DNA of 64,000 nucleotides, taken from NCBI GenBank assembly GCA_002269645.1, contig NIVC01001374.1:186001-250000 (forward strand). The letters run 5' to 3'. How positions within the stretch are numbered: position 1 is the first letter of the stretch; every line of letters starts with the position of its first letter. This document shows, piece by piece, positions 1 through 10,832 of this stretch. Made by a program: the position numbers and the translations under genes. The notes beneath the pieces were generated by a model. The model did not search any database. It saw nothing but the letters and a program-made list of their open reading frames with translations, and was not told the DNA's origin. Source of the stretch: Macrostomum lignano. Its lineage: Eukaryota.

Positions 1-148
1 CTAATTTTATCTTAATTTAGGGGGCCTAGCCTGGGTTTTTTGTGAGAAACAAATGCAAAATTATACCTTGAATGTCATTTCAAGGTGCAACTTTAAGGCT
101 CAGAGTGCACTTTCTTTGATTTTAGAAAATTAGGAATAGGGCCTAGAA

Positions 149-438
149 TGGCAATGGCTAGAGTTCCAGCATCGGAACCCATTTTCTAACGGCTACGGAT
201 CCGGCAGTGCCATTATAATATAGATGGAACATTATATTTTTCTTTCTATAGGTGGCTGATATTGAGATTTTGTTCTAGATTAAAATTTAAGATGATATGA
301 TAAGATCCAGGACGAGATGCTTCTAATATTCAGACTTTTTAAGATATGTTCTTACCAGTCTTTATGCTTCTATACGGCACTGCCGGATCCCTAGCTGTTA
401 GAAAATGGGTTCCGGTGCCGGAACTCTAGCCATTGCCA
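149..438. mobile_element. MITE-like non-autonomous DNA transposon (~290 bp)
   Basis: ~62-bp imperfect terminal inverted repeats (tggcaatggctagagttcc...ggcagtgcc at 149-210 vs ggcactgcc...ctctagccattgcca at 376-438), flanked by direct repeat cctagaa(t) at 142-149 and 439-446 (TSD-like); no coding capacity. Confidence 0.75.
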
Positions 439-1034
439 CCTAGAATAGGTCTATAGGCATGTCTTTTCTTATGTTTAGACTCAGAGAATGCTTTGACTTC
501 TTGGCTTGTGTTTTTTGATTGAATGCAAATGAGGCTTTAAAAAAAGAAAAATTAGAATAGGTTGTGAGACTAGTCCTATGGCTGCACTTAAACTACACCC
601 AATTTAATTTAAGCCTTAGGGTATAATTTCAAAATTCAAGGTGCATATGTATACACACTTTGTTTGAGTCTTTGACTAGGCTTATATAATAGTATTATAG
701 TTTACTTTAACTTCCTAAATGTCATGGATTCTTGCCTTAGGCCTAATACATGGCTGAGAGCAATAGCACCGGCTATACATTACTAGGCCCTAATACTAGA
801 TTCACACTGCATGTATTGGGTAGTACTGTAGTAGTAGTAGTAGTAAGTTAACACGTCTAGTTTTGCCAATCAATTAAAGAATTCAGACAAGACTATGATG
901 ATGTACGCGCTATCTATCGTGCATATGCTGCTTATGACGTCTACAATTCCAAATAATTTTTCTTTAAATAAAAACCGCAAAAGGTATGCATTCAAAGTGA
1001 GGTGGGGGCGGAGGAAGAAAATTTATGGTATAGA

Positions 1035-1250
1035 CTAGGAAGTAGTAGTAGTAGTAGTAAGTTGGCTCAGGCAAGAAGCCTGTTTGGCCAGTATATTTCT
1101 GTGTATTTAAGTTATTTTAGCATTAGTTGTTTAATTACGATTAAGTTCAAAAGGTCAAATTTGTTCAAAAGGTTAAATTTTTACACGAGTTACGATGCGA
1201 GTTACGATATTTGTAAAATTATTAAGGTATTTGAAAGAGCGTTTTTTGTA
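1035..1250 (+). repeat. Dispersed AT-rich repeat, second copy at ~41155-41330
   Basis: Shared blocks agtagtagtagtaa, agcctgttt.gccagtata, caaaaggttaaatttttacacgagttacgat and aaggtatttgaaagagcgt occur in the same order at both sites. Confidence 0.7.
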
Positions 1251-2118
1251 AAAAGATGTAGTATTTTGCAAGCGCGCAATATTTCAAAGCGTGAAAAACG
1301 AACGAAAAATGAACAAAAACGAACTTCGAAAGAACTTTAACGTTAAACGAATGGCGACGATTTAAATAGGTATTAGATAGGAAACTAATTAAATACTAAT
1401 TAAATGCTAATTAAATAGGAAATTAAAAAGACAGTAAATGAATAAACAAAAGAAAAGCGGATTTATTACACTGCTGATATGTCTGTTTCAGTTTGCATTA
1501 CTGTTTTAGCTATTCATGACTTCATATATTTTAGCTACACCAGTGAGCTCTTTTCTGACTCTTTTTTCATTTGTAGCATATCCTAACTTGTGTACTTGCT
1601 TGTCATTTAAGAGGTACTGACAGAAGTATTTTTTTCTGATCTTTTCAGTTTGTGGACAGCTTGGCGTTTGCGGATTTTGAACTCGGGGTTTCTTCGAAAC
1701 CGGTCGTCGTTGCGTTCGCACGAATTGAAGCCGGAAGATCGCGCAGATGAATCACAACGGAAGTTTGCCTCCTGTTTTACTCCGACTGCCGGGGTCCTCA
1801 ATTCCGGGGGGAGGGTAGTTTCGGTCGTAGACGAGCGGTCTTCGTTAGGCGCGAGCGTTCAGAGAGGGTCCTCAGACACCGTAGTTATGCACTTCGATTG
1901 CTTGACTGATTACTGTTAGTAGAGTAGCGCTGCCACCACCGTAATTTACGTATTACGGAACGTTGAAGTCTCAGAGCTTGCTTCGAGATGAGACGGGGTT
2001 ATTTTACGCCCCACGGGCAAATGACTTAAGATAAGCTATGGCTTTTAATCCAGAGATGAAGTAATAAGATGCTGTAACAGTTGGCTTGATTATTTATTAT
2101 TCGGTAAATCAAGTTATT

Positions 2119-2603
2119 ATGGTTAAAGTAATATTACTTGAACGAGCTGCGACAGACGTTAATGTTCAGGGGTGCCGCGGTGAGGGCTTTACTCAAATAA
2201 AATTAAAGTTAGGTTTTCCTTCTAGAGATTGCGTTAAATAAAACGTTATTAAGTTAAGGGCGAGGCGGAAAAGGGAGTTAAAGGGACGTCAGAGGAGAAG
2301 AAAGGCATGAGGAGAGGACAGGTGCAAGGGGCGGGAATAAATACCCAGGAAACAGGACACAAAAAGGCTTGCGAGGCCCAGAAACTGGGGAAGGGCGAAA
2401 ACGCAAAGGCCAAAAAGGATTCAACAAAAATTGCCGCAGAAACACATAGAAAAACAAATTTAAAACATAAATTGGACGAACAACGCCAGAAAATGGGGCG
2501 AGGGGAACAGAAAGGGGCAGGATACGTCACAACTTGCGCCAGGGGGTGGACGAACGGGGACCAGAATGGGGGCAAGCATAATTTTAAAGTCCAGAAAATG
2601 TAA
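2119..2603 (+). pseudogene. Possible degenerate member of the Lys/Glu-rich secreted family (B0)
   Basis: Putative exon 1 2119-2179 (MVKVILLERAATDVNVQG-CR) ends at a phase-1 GTGAG donor like the other cluster genes. The downstream K-rich frame (2253-2603) contains KHKLDEQRQKM, resembling KKKLDEAKAKM of B1. The signal peptide is poor and the best acceptor (2225) is one base out of frame. Confidence 0.3.
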
Positions 2604-3001
2604 TGTGATTAAAAATCAAATTTCAACTTGAGCAATTGGTGGTATCCGACCACCACAAAAGAGTGCGCGAGACGCAAAGATTATTTTAGCTCGTACTCGT
2701 ATAACGACAATTTTATTGCAATCAAAGCAGGCAATTAAGGATTTCGACCCTGATGAAGGGTCGAAGTTCATAATGTTTACATACATGTAGATAAAAATAT
2801 TTTGCTTGGATTTTGAATTAGATCAGATTAAATTTTAACTCTAAAGTTTCCCGATGCATGGCAGCAAAGTCTATGCAAAAATAAATATTCGCCAACGCGC
2901 TGATGCGCTTCTCGTGGGTTCTAATGCGTAACGTAAATGTAACAGATGGATACTGTGTAAGCACATGTACGTGCTTGTGCACATGACATCCACATGCAAC
3001 C

Positions 3002-3965
3002 TCAGCTGTCAAGATAGACTTCGGCCCGGATGACATGCCCGGCAAGCTGCAGACGTCGCTTGCTCAGCAGGACAGAAGGCCGCGTCAGGTGCGCTCTCGC
3101 TGGTACGGGGAGTCGGTCATCTTGCTGCCAGGGCCGCGGCGGGCGCCGAACGCGGCACGAATCAGAGCCGTATGCGCCACATATGCGCCGAGCTGCCTCT
3201 CGAGCGCCCAGTACAGGGTCGAGGGCGGTCTCGACAACAGCCTGGAACAGCTGCCATGGGAACCTGGAGCTGTCCAATATAGAGCCTCCGAAAGCAGCTC
3301 CGCCCACAGATCGAAAGGCGGCCCAGGCCTTGCCGGCCGCGCCGTCTCCCAGGTCGTCGCTCACATCCGTCACCAGCCCGCTAAAGTAGAGGGGCTGACG
3401 GCACTTCGGATGCACCGTCCCAGGGCCATCGTGCCGTCTCTGAGTCTTATCTTGGCGGGTAGATCGTGGGGAACTGTCAGCACCTCGGTATTTTTGGCGT
3501 TGATGACGAGGCCGACCCTTACAGCCGCCGCAATCAGGCCATCCAGCAGCCGTTGGGGCGCCTTCGGCCGTCGTAGACAGCATGCAGAGCGAGGTCGTCC
3601 GAGCTAGTAGCCGAGGAGGAACAGCCTCTTCTCCGGGTGTCGCCGACTGGCGTCGTCTTTGCAGTAGAAGGCCGTTCTCTGCTGTCGGCAGGCCGCCGCC
3701 TCCTGAGCACACAGTCCATCAGCAAAACAAAGAGGAGAAGGGCGCCAGAGTGTCACGGCCTGCAGCACTCCGGAGGTCGTGCTGAACAGGTCCGACGGTC
3801 CGTCGGCGTCGCTACCACAGCGGTCGTGTCCTGGTACAGCGCCATGTTTGCGAAGATCAGCTACTGCGGTACGGAGCATGTGAGGGAGCGCACCGCGGGC
3901 CACCGAGTCGAAAGCCTTGAGGAAGTCGACAAAGCTTGATGAAACTGTTTGATGAAACGCAATTA
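3002..3965 (-). mobile_element. Degenerate non-LTR retrotransposon (LINE, RTE-like) reverse transcriptase fragment
   Basis: Frameshifted RT motifs FVDFLKAFDSV and TTSGVLQ, plus C-terminal segments GKAWAAF...LFQAVVETAL and SKRRLQLAGHVIR typical of LINE ORF2. Confidence 0.8.
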
Positions 3966-4697
3966 AAATGCATAGCTTTTTTCTTGGCGCCATGCAAGTC
4001 TCAGCTGCCCCAACAGAATATACATGTATGATTGGATCATACCCATGCAGAACACGTGCATGCAGTACATATACATGTACATATGTGTACATGTAATTAT
4101 AAAGTACAAATAGATTTTACAAACGGAAACTGTAGATCTTTAATTTTTAAAGGGCTTCAAAATAAGGCAGTATAATTAGGTTCCCGTAAGAAATGAAATA
4201 CATTATACTCGCGTGTATTTTAGCTTGTTACACGTACACTGTTAAAGTAAAAATAAATTGTAGTAACATCCATCTCCTTGGCTTGGACGCTGAGTTAAAG
4301 ATTGTTTAGGCAGAATAATACATATATGTATTTATAAAAGAAAAACTTTCAATAGACTCGTTTGCTAACAAAAACTAGCAACAAAAATAGCACAAATAAT
4401 TAACATAAACTTAAAAATAGTTTAGCTTAATTTTACACAGAGAAGAAAGAGTCTTTTGACGACATGCTGACTGAGAAGTGAACGGGTTATTTAAAGTCTT
4501 CTATTAGCTAATGGTATTTACAGCTGTTTGCTAGTAATGAGGCTGGTCCAAAAGGCCCGATTAAATAGCCGTCAGCCAACCATATTGTAATAATTTCCTT
4601 TAACTTAATGGCTAACAAACTTCAACAGCAGTTTTTTTTGCTAAATTCATTCTTGACCATACTTAGTCCGGATCCTGACAGTAACTTATTAGAATGT

Positions 4698-6612
4698 TCA
4701 CGCGGTTTGTTTGTCAATACCAAGATAAGCTTTCGCTCCACCAGCGAGACCCGTTCTGTCGGGATCAATTGTTTGAGCTGTCGGATCACTTTTTCCGGAT
4801 TTGGATAGAGCAATGCCAGCAGCTCCAGTAGCGGCCAAGCCGGTTGTGGCAGCGCCAGCACCTATGAAGCCGATTTTCTTTTTGTGTGGACCGATAGCCC
4901 CACCCGCTTTTTTAAAGAAGCCTCCGCTCTTTTTGCAGGGCAGAAACGGATTCTGGCAGCCGGGATTATCCAAGTCGGCGGACTTTTTTGATTTCCCCTT
5001 TTGAGCCGCACCGGCCTTCTTACCCACGGATTTCACCAGGCCGCCCTCGTTGCAGGGAAAAAACGGATTTTTACACCCGGGATTATCCATGTCGGTAACG
5101 CTGGACTTCCTGTTTGCGTTGCCCGGCGCGTCGCCGGCTTTCTTAGCAGATTTCAGCTTAAAAAACGATTTCGCTCGCGATTTCACTGCAAACAAGGATT
5201 GAATAGATTGTAGCAATCACAGCTACTCTCACCAACCACAGCTGCTCTCACCAATCACAGCTTCTCTCACCAATCACAGCTGCTCTCACCAATCACAGCT
5301 GCTCTCACCAATCACAGCTTCTCTCACCAATCACAGCCTGCTCTCACCAATCACAGCCTGCTCTCACCAATCACAGCTACTCTCACCAACCACAGCTGCT
5401 CTCACCAATCACAGCCTGCTCTCACCAATCACAGCCTGCTCTCACCAATCACAGCTGCTCTCACCAATCACAGCTTCTCTCACCAATCACAGCCTGCTCT
5501 CACCAATCACAGCCTGCTCTCACCAATCACAGCTTCTCTCACCAATCACAGCCTGCTCTCACCAATCACAGCTTCTCTCACCAATCACAGCTGCTCTCAC
5601 CAATCACAGCTTCTCTCACCAATCACAGCTTCTCTCACCAATCACAGCCTGCTCTCACCAATCACAGCTTCTCTCACCAATCACAGCCTGCTCTCACCAA
5701 TCACAGCCTGCTCTCACCAATCACAGCCTGCTCTCACCAATCACAGCCTGCTCTCACCAATCACAGCCTGCTCTCACCAATCACAGCCTGCTCTCACCAA
5801 TCACAGCTTCTCTCACCAATCACAGCTGCTCTCACCAATCACAGCCTGCTCTCACCAATCACAGCTTCTCTCACCAATCACAGCTTCTCTCACCAATCAC
5901 AGCTTCTCTCACCAATCACAGCCTGCTCTCACCAATCACAGCCTTCTCTCACCAATCACAGCCTGCTCTCACCAATCACAGCCTGCTCTCACCAATCACA
6001 GCTTCTCTCACCAATCACAGCTTCTCTCACCAATCACAGCCTGCTCTCACCAATCACAGCTTCTCTCACCAATCACAGCTGCTCTCACCAATCACAGCTT
6101 CTCTCACCAATCACAGCTTCTCTCACCAATCACAGCCTGCTCTCACCAATCACAGCTTCTCTCACCAATCACAGCTTCTCTCACCAATCACAGCTTCTCT
6201 CACCAATCACAGCCTGCTCTCACCAATCACAGCCTGCTCTCACCAATCACAACCTGCTCTCACCAATCACAGCTTCTCTCACCAATCACAGCTGCTCTCA
6301 CCAATCACAGCCTGCTCTCACCAATCACAGCTTCTCTCACCAATCACAGCCTGCTCTCACCAATCACAGCTTCTCTCACCAATCACAGCCTGCTCTCACC
6401 AATCACAGCTTCCCTCGACTTCACTTCCTACTAATAAAATTATTGAATTTCTCAGACATTCAATGTGCAAATTAATAATAAAGCATTATTTCCATAAACT
6501 CGATAAACTCACATGATTTTACTGCTTTCGGGCAGCATTGGCCGCCGCTTGGAAACTGGCTGACAATCGTGAGCAGAATAAAGTAAATTGCTATAAAGCT
6601 TTGAGTTCGCAT
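4698..6612 (-). CDS. Secreted cationic protein A0, 195 aa, two exons (6612-6513, 5185-4698)
   Basis: Exon 1 MRTQSFIAIYFILLTIVSQFPSGGQCCPKAVKS (signal peptide) with phase-1 GTGAGT donor; acceptor ttgtttgcag; exon 2 continues in frame: K-rich, two DNPGCxNPFxPC repeats, Gly/Ala-rich hydrophobic stretch IGFIGAGAATTGLAATGAAGIAL. Confidence 0.8.
5215..6412. repeat. 19-20-bp minisatellite (ctctcaccaatcacagc[tt/ctg]), ~60 copies, in the A0 intron
   Basis: Direct tandem periodicity visible in the sequence. Confidence 0.97.
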
Positions 6613-7064
6613 GAGAAGTCTGCCTAAGCATTTACTGGAGCTTGTACATGAAGAAATTTGTGTGGGTCTGTTGTTTTAGTTGGAAAATCAATATTATTTC
6701 AATATTGGCCTTCGCTAGCTTGCTCGGTTATTTGGGGCAATCAGATCTTTTTCTATATCCAGAATTACTACATATAATTAATTCAGACCATAGATACAAC
6801 TACTCTCTATCGATTGATGTAGATACTATTTTTGTAACTTGAAGATTATTTAAACAAATACATATACATACAAATACAAATACAAATACATAAATAGTTT
6901 ACTGCTCGGCTATGAAGGAAGAATCCAATGGATTTAATTCAAGGTGAAGACGAAAGAGGTGATAGATTCCACACGCGACCTGCGAATTGCCTTTCCATCT
7001 GGCCCTCAAGTCCTTTGTAACTTCACAATAGCAATCATCTGGCCTACCTCCGCTCTCTAATCTC

Positions 7065-7825
7065 CCGTCTCATCTCCTCTCTCTCCTCTCTTTTCTTTCC
7101 TTTCATCTCTCATCTCTTCTTTCCTCTCATCTCTTCTTTCATCTCATTTCTTTCTTCATCTCTCCTCTCATCTATCATCTCATCTCTTCTTTTCTTTCAT
7201 CTCTCATCTCTCATCTCATTTATCCTCTCATCTCTTCTTTCCTTTCATCTCTCATCCCTCATCTCATCTATCCTCTTATCTCTTCTTTCCTCTCATCTCT
7301 TCTTTCATCTCTCATCTCTTCTTTCATCTCATCCCTTCTTTCATCTCTCCTCTCATCTATCATCTCATCTCTTCTTTCATCTCATCTCTTCTTTCATCTC
7401 TCCTCTCATTTATCCTCTCATCTCTTCTTTCCTTTCATCTCTCATCTCTCATCTCTCATCTCATCTATCATCTTATCTCTTCTTCCTCTCATCTCTCATC
7501 CTTCATCTCATCTATCCTCTTATCTTATCTTTCCTCTCATCTCTTCTTTCATCCCTCAACTCTTCTTTCATCTCTCATCTCTTCTTTCCTCATCTCCTCT
7601 TTCATCTCATTTCTTCTTTCATCTCTCCTCTCATCTATCATATCATCTCTTCTTTCCTTTCATCTCTCATCTCATTTATCCTCTCATCCCCTCTTTCCTT
7701 TCATCTCTCATATTATCTATCCTCTTATCTCCGCTTTCCTTTCATATTTGATCTCATCTATACTCTTATCTCCTCTTTCCTTTAATCTCTCATCTCATCT
7801 ATCCTCTTATCTTCTCCTTCCTCTT
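7065..7825. repeat. Pyrimidine-rich low-complexity tract (tctcatc/tcttctt)
   Basis: Nearly G-free CT/CAT-rich tract; a related purine-strand copy with similar flank lies at ~38840-39010. Confidence 0.9.
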
Positions 7826-8154
7826 CTAAGTCTAAGATTCTAATGTCAGGCTGTTTTGATGACGCTGTAGGCTTTTTACAATAAATAATTTGACATAGGC
7901 TGTGTCAAAACACAATTTTAACAAGCCCACCTACTCTCAGTTTCTCCTGTTTGCTTCTGATCGCATTTTAGATGAGCGGCGTCTTTCTTAAGATGCCAAT
8001 TTAAAATTGTCTATGGCAATTTATTGTCAAACCAACGAAATTTATTTATTGCCAACAAAAATTTTTCGTAATCTTCGTAGAAATATCGGTTTAATATGTT
8101 GTTCAACAGCCCTACAGGAGTGTCTGTTTAAAAAATAACTTAACTGCAACCTAA

Positions 8155-9555
8155 ATGGGATGCATAAGATTAGCATTGCTATTTAGCATTGTGCTGGTGA
8201 TCCTCATCGAACCTGGTGAAGGCTGTGTCAAGAAATTGAAGGCTTTGAAAGGTGGTAAGTAGTCAGTCTTGCAGTTGGCAATGAAATTGGTAAAACTTGA
8301 GACTGCTCGAATTCATATGGCCTTTTTTAACACGCTCGTACTGAGATCAACGCGGGAGGGAGCTGTCGTGCGATTCGGGCACAGAAAGTGTACATGCCTG
8401 ATGATTGGACAGTCAAAGGGCCGCTGTACACCCAAGGACAATTTAAGTAGAACGCAACACTCGAAATCTGTGGTAAATATTTTGAAGGCAACTTTTCGCC
8501 GAAAAATACAGTATAGGAGGATTTAATCTTTTCAGCACAAAAATTGTTATTGCTTTTGATAGGAGGCAGATCCAGTGTTCATCTTTTGGTATGTTGTGCC
8601 TTTTTTATTGCTCTATCGATATTCATAGAGCTTTTCGTTCAGAAATAGTTTTAAAGGAAGGTTTCACCGGAAAAATACATTAAGGAGATAGGAAATTTCA
8701 CGATTTTCAACACTAAAACAGTGATTGGGTCTCTTAACAGTGTCAGAGAAAGTTCTAATCACACTATTTTGTGCCTCACATGCTGCTCTCACGACGCATT
8801 AATCGATTTTTCATGTTAAATTGGTCTGTCACTTGAAAAAAACGTTTAAAATAATTACAAGACCAATATAAAGGCGAAAAGTTGCCTTCAAAACATTTAC
8901 CAATAGATTTCGAGTGAGGCGCGCTTGTGTACACCCTGTGTGAGGCGCGCTTGTGTACACCCTGTGTGAGGCGCGCTTGTGTACACCCTGTGTGAGGCGC
9001 GCTTGTTTACACCCTGAGTGAGGCGCGCTTGTGTACACCCTGTGTGAGGCGCGCTTGTGTACACCCTGTGTGAGGCGCGCTTGTGTACACCCTGTGTGAG
9101 GCGCGCTTGTGTACACCCTGTGTGAGGCGCGCTTGTGTACACCCTGTGTGAGGCGCGCTTGTGTACACCCTGTGTGAGGCGCGCTTGCATGCAGAATTGC
9201 CTCAGCGCTGCGGCTGTGGGAAGATGTCGCCGAAGCGTATCCCAATTATTATTGCTATTATTTTCTAAATGCCACTGGGCATTCATTCATTTCATTCTAA
9301 CAAAACTTCGCGCCCCCAGCTTTCAAGAGAGTCGGCAAGGTGTTCAAAATAGCCAGACGCCCAAAAGCCGCCAAAGTCATTGCGAATTCTGCGGACGACG
9401 TTGGCAAGGTGGCCAAGAAGTCCAAGAGCTTCAGCACGGCGCGCTCGCTCCTCATTGGTGGCACGGTTGGAGGTGCGGCACTGGGGGGCGCCGTGTACGT
9501 GGGGGTAAATGAGAAGAAAAAAGGCATGAGCAGCGGTTCGTACGTCACCCACTAA
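8155..9555 (+). CDS. Secreted cationic amphipathic/Gly-zipper peptide precursor A1, 111 aa, two exons (8155-8254, 9320-9555)
   Basis: Exon 1 MGCIRLALLFSIVLVILIEPGEG-CVKKLKALKG with GTAAGT phase-1 donor; acceptor cgcccccag; exon 2 AFKRVGKVFKIARRPKAAKVIANSADDVGKVAKKSKSFSTARSLLIGGTVGGAALGGAVYVGVNEKKKGMSSGSYVTH*. Exon 1 has a close paralogue in A2. Confidence 0.85.
8458..8916. mobile_element. MITE-like element with ~43-bp terminal inverted repeats in the A1 intron
   Basis: cactcgaaatctgtggtaaatattttgaaggcaacttttcgcc (8458-8500) is the near-perfect reverse complement of ggcgaaaagttgccttcaaaacatttaccaatagatttcgagtg (8873-8916); no TSD found. Confidence 0.65.
8913..9187. repeat. 26-bp minisatellite (gtgaggcgcgcttgtgtacaccctgt), ~10 copies, A1 intron
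   Basis: Direct tandem periodicity. Confidence 0.97.
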
Positions 9556-9949
9556 GAGACCCTGCACAGACATGCATGAGGAAATAATGTGTACTTTGCG
9601 GTATTCTTATACTCGAAATACTCGTTGCGTATTCAATTGTTAAGTATATAGCCAATTTACCAAAAATGTTTCTTTTAAAATTTATTTGTAAATCAGCACA
9701 GTTTCTTTTAAATTAGATCCAGATCTACGTAGTTTGCCAAAATTGCACTTTGAGCAGTTGAAATGTGTTTTTGTAAATTTTGTTTTACTGGATGTTATTT
9801 TTACCGGTATGTCATCGGCAGAGGACTCGTGACTTTAGTTTTAACATATAATATAAATAAAGCTTCGTAGACAGTTTCAGTTGTGCTTCACAGATTATAT
9901 CTCATATATTCTTATAGTGACTATGTACTCAATTCTTTTAAGCTTGCAT

Positions 9950-10425
9950 CATTCACCTTGGTAATCACCCACCTTGGTAATCACCCACCTTGGTAATCAT
10001 TCACCTTGGTAATCATCCACCTTGGTAATCGTCCACCTTGGTAATCATTCACCTTGGTAATCACCCACCTTGGTAATCACCCACCTTGGTAATCACCCAC
10101 CTTGGTAATCACCCACCTTGGTAATCACCCACCTTGGTAATCATCCACCTTGGTAATCACCCACCTTGGTAATCACCCACCTTGGTAATCACCCACCTTG
10201 GTAATCACCCACCTTGGTAATCGTCCACCTTGGTAATCATTCACCTTGGTAATCACCCACCTTGGTAATCACCCACCTTGGTAATCACCCACCTTGGTAA
10301 TCATCCACCTTGGTAATCGTCCACCTTGGTAATCATCCACCTTGGTAATCACCCACCTTGGTAATCATCCACCTTGGTAATCGTCCACCTTGGTAACCAC
10401 CCACCCATCACCATCCGCCTTGGTG
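9950..10425. repeat. 16-bp minisatellite (ccaccttggtaatcac), ~29 copies
   Basis: Direct tandem periodicity between A1 and A2. Confidence 0.97.
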
Positions 10426-10832
10426 ATCAGAATAAAATAAACCACAGCGTAATAATGTCATTTATTCGAATATAAACATTTAAATGCATTGCAAAGGTGG
10501 TCTTTGCTTAAGTTTTACTTAATTCTATCTCGAACAAAACTGCAAGACGACTAATTATAATTATACTGGTGCAGTGAATAAGAGCTTGTTGTTTGCTGCA
10601 GTAATTTGTTACTTTTTTAATAAAGGGACTTTTTTATTATTATACGGCAGTCAGATCATGTCTATGGTAATCTACTATCAACCTAAATGCTTGAAATCGC
10701 TAAAAAATTGATTGCCGAAAAAAGCAACTTGAGCCTCGATGCATCACCTGCCGGTTGTAGTTGTCATCTTGGTAGAAATATCACTTCAATAGAGCAGTCA
10801 TACAAGAGAGTAGAGAATAACTGGGACCTATA

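Noticed and set aside
1506-1919. Overlapping short ORFs in a moderately GC-rich patch
   Set aside because: No recognisable motif, signal peptide or consistent splice model.
8829-9286. Repetitive ORFs (TQGVHKRASHRVY...)
   Set aside because: Translation of the 26-bp intronic minisatellite on the non-coding strand.
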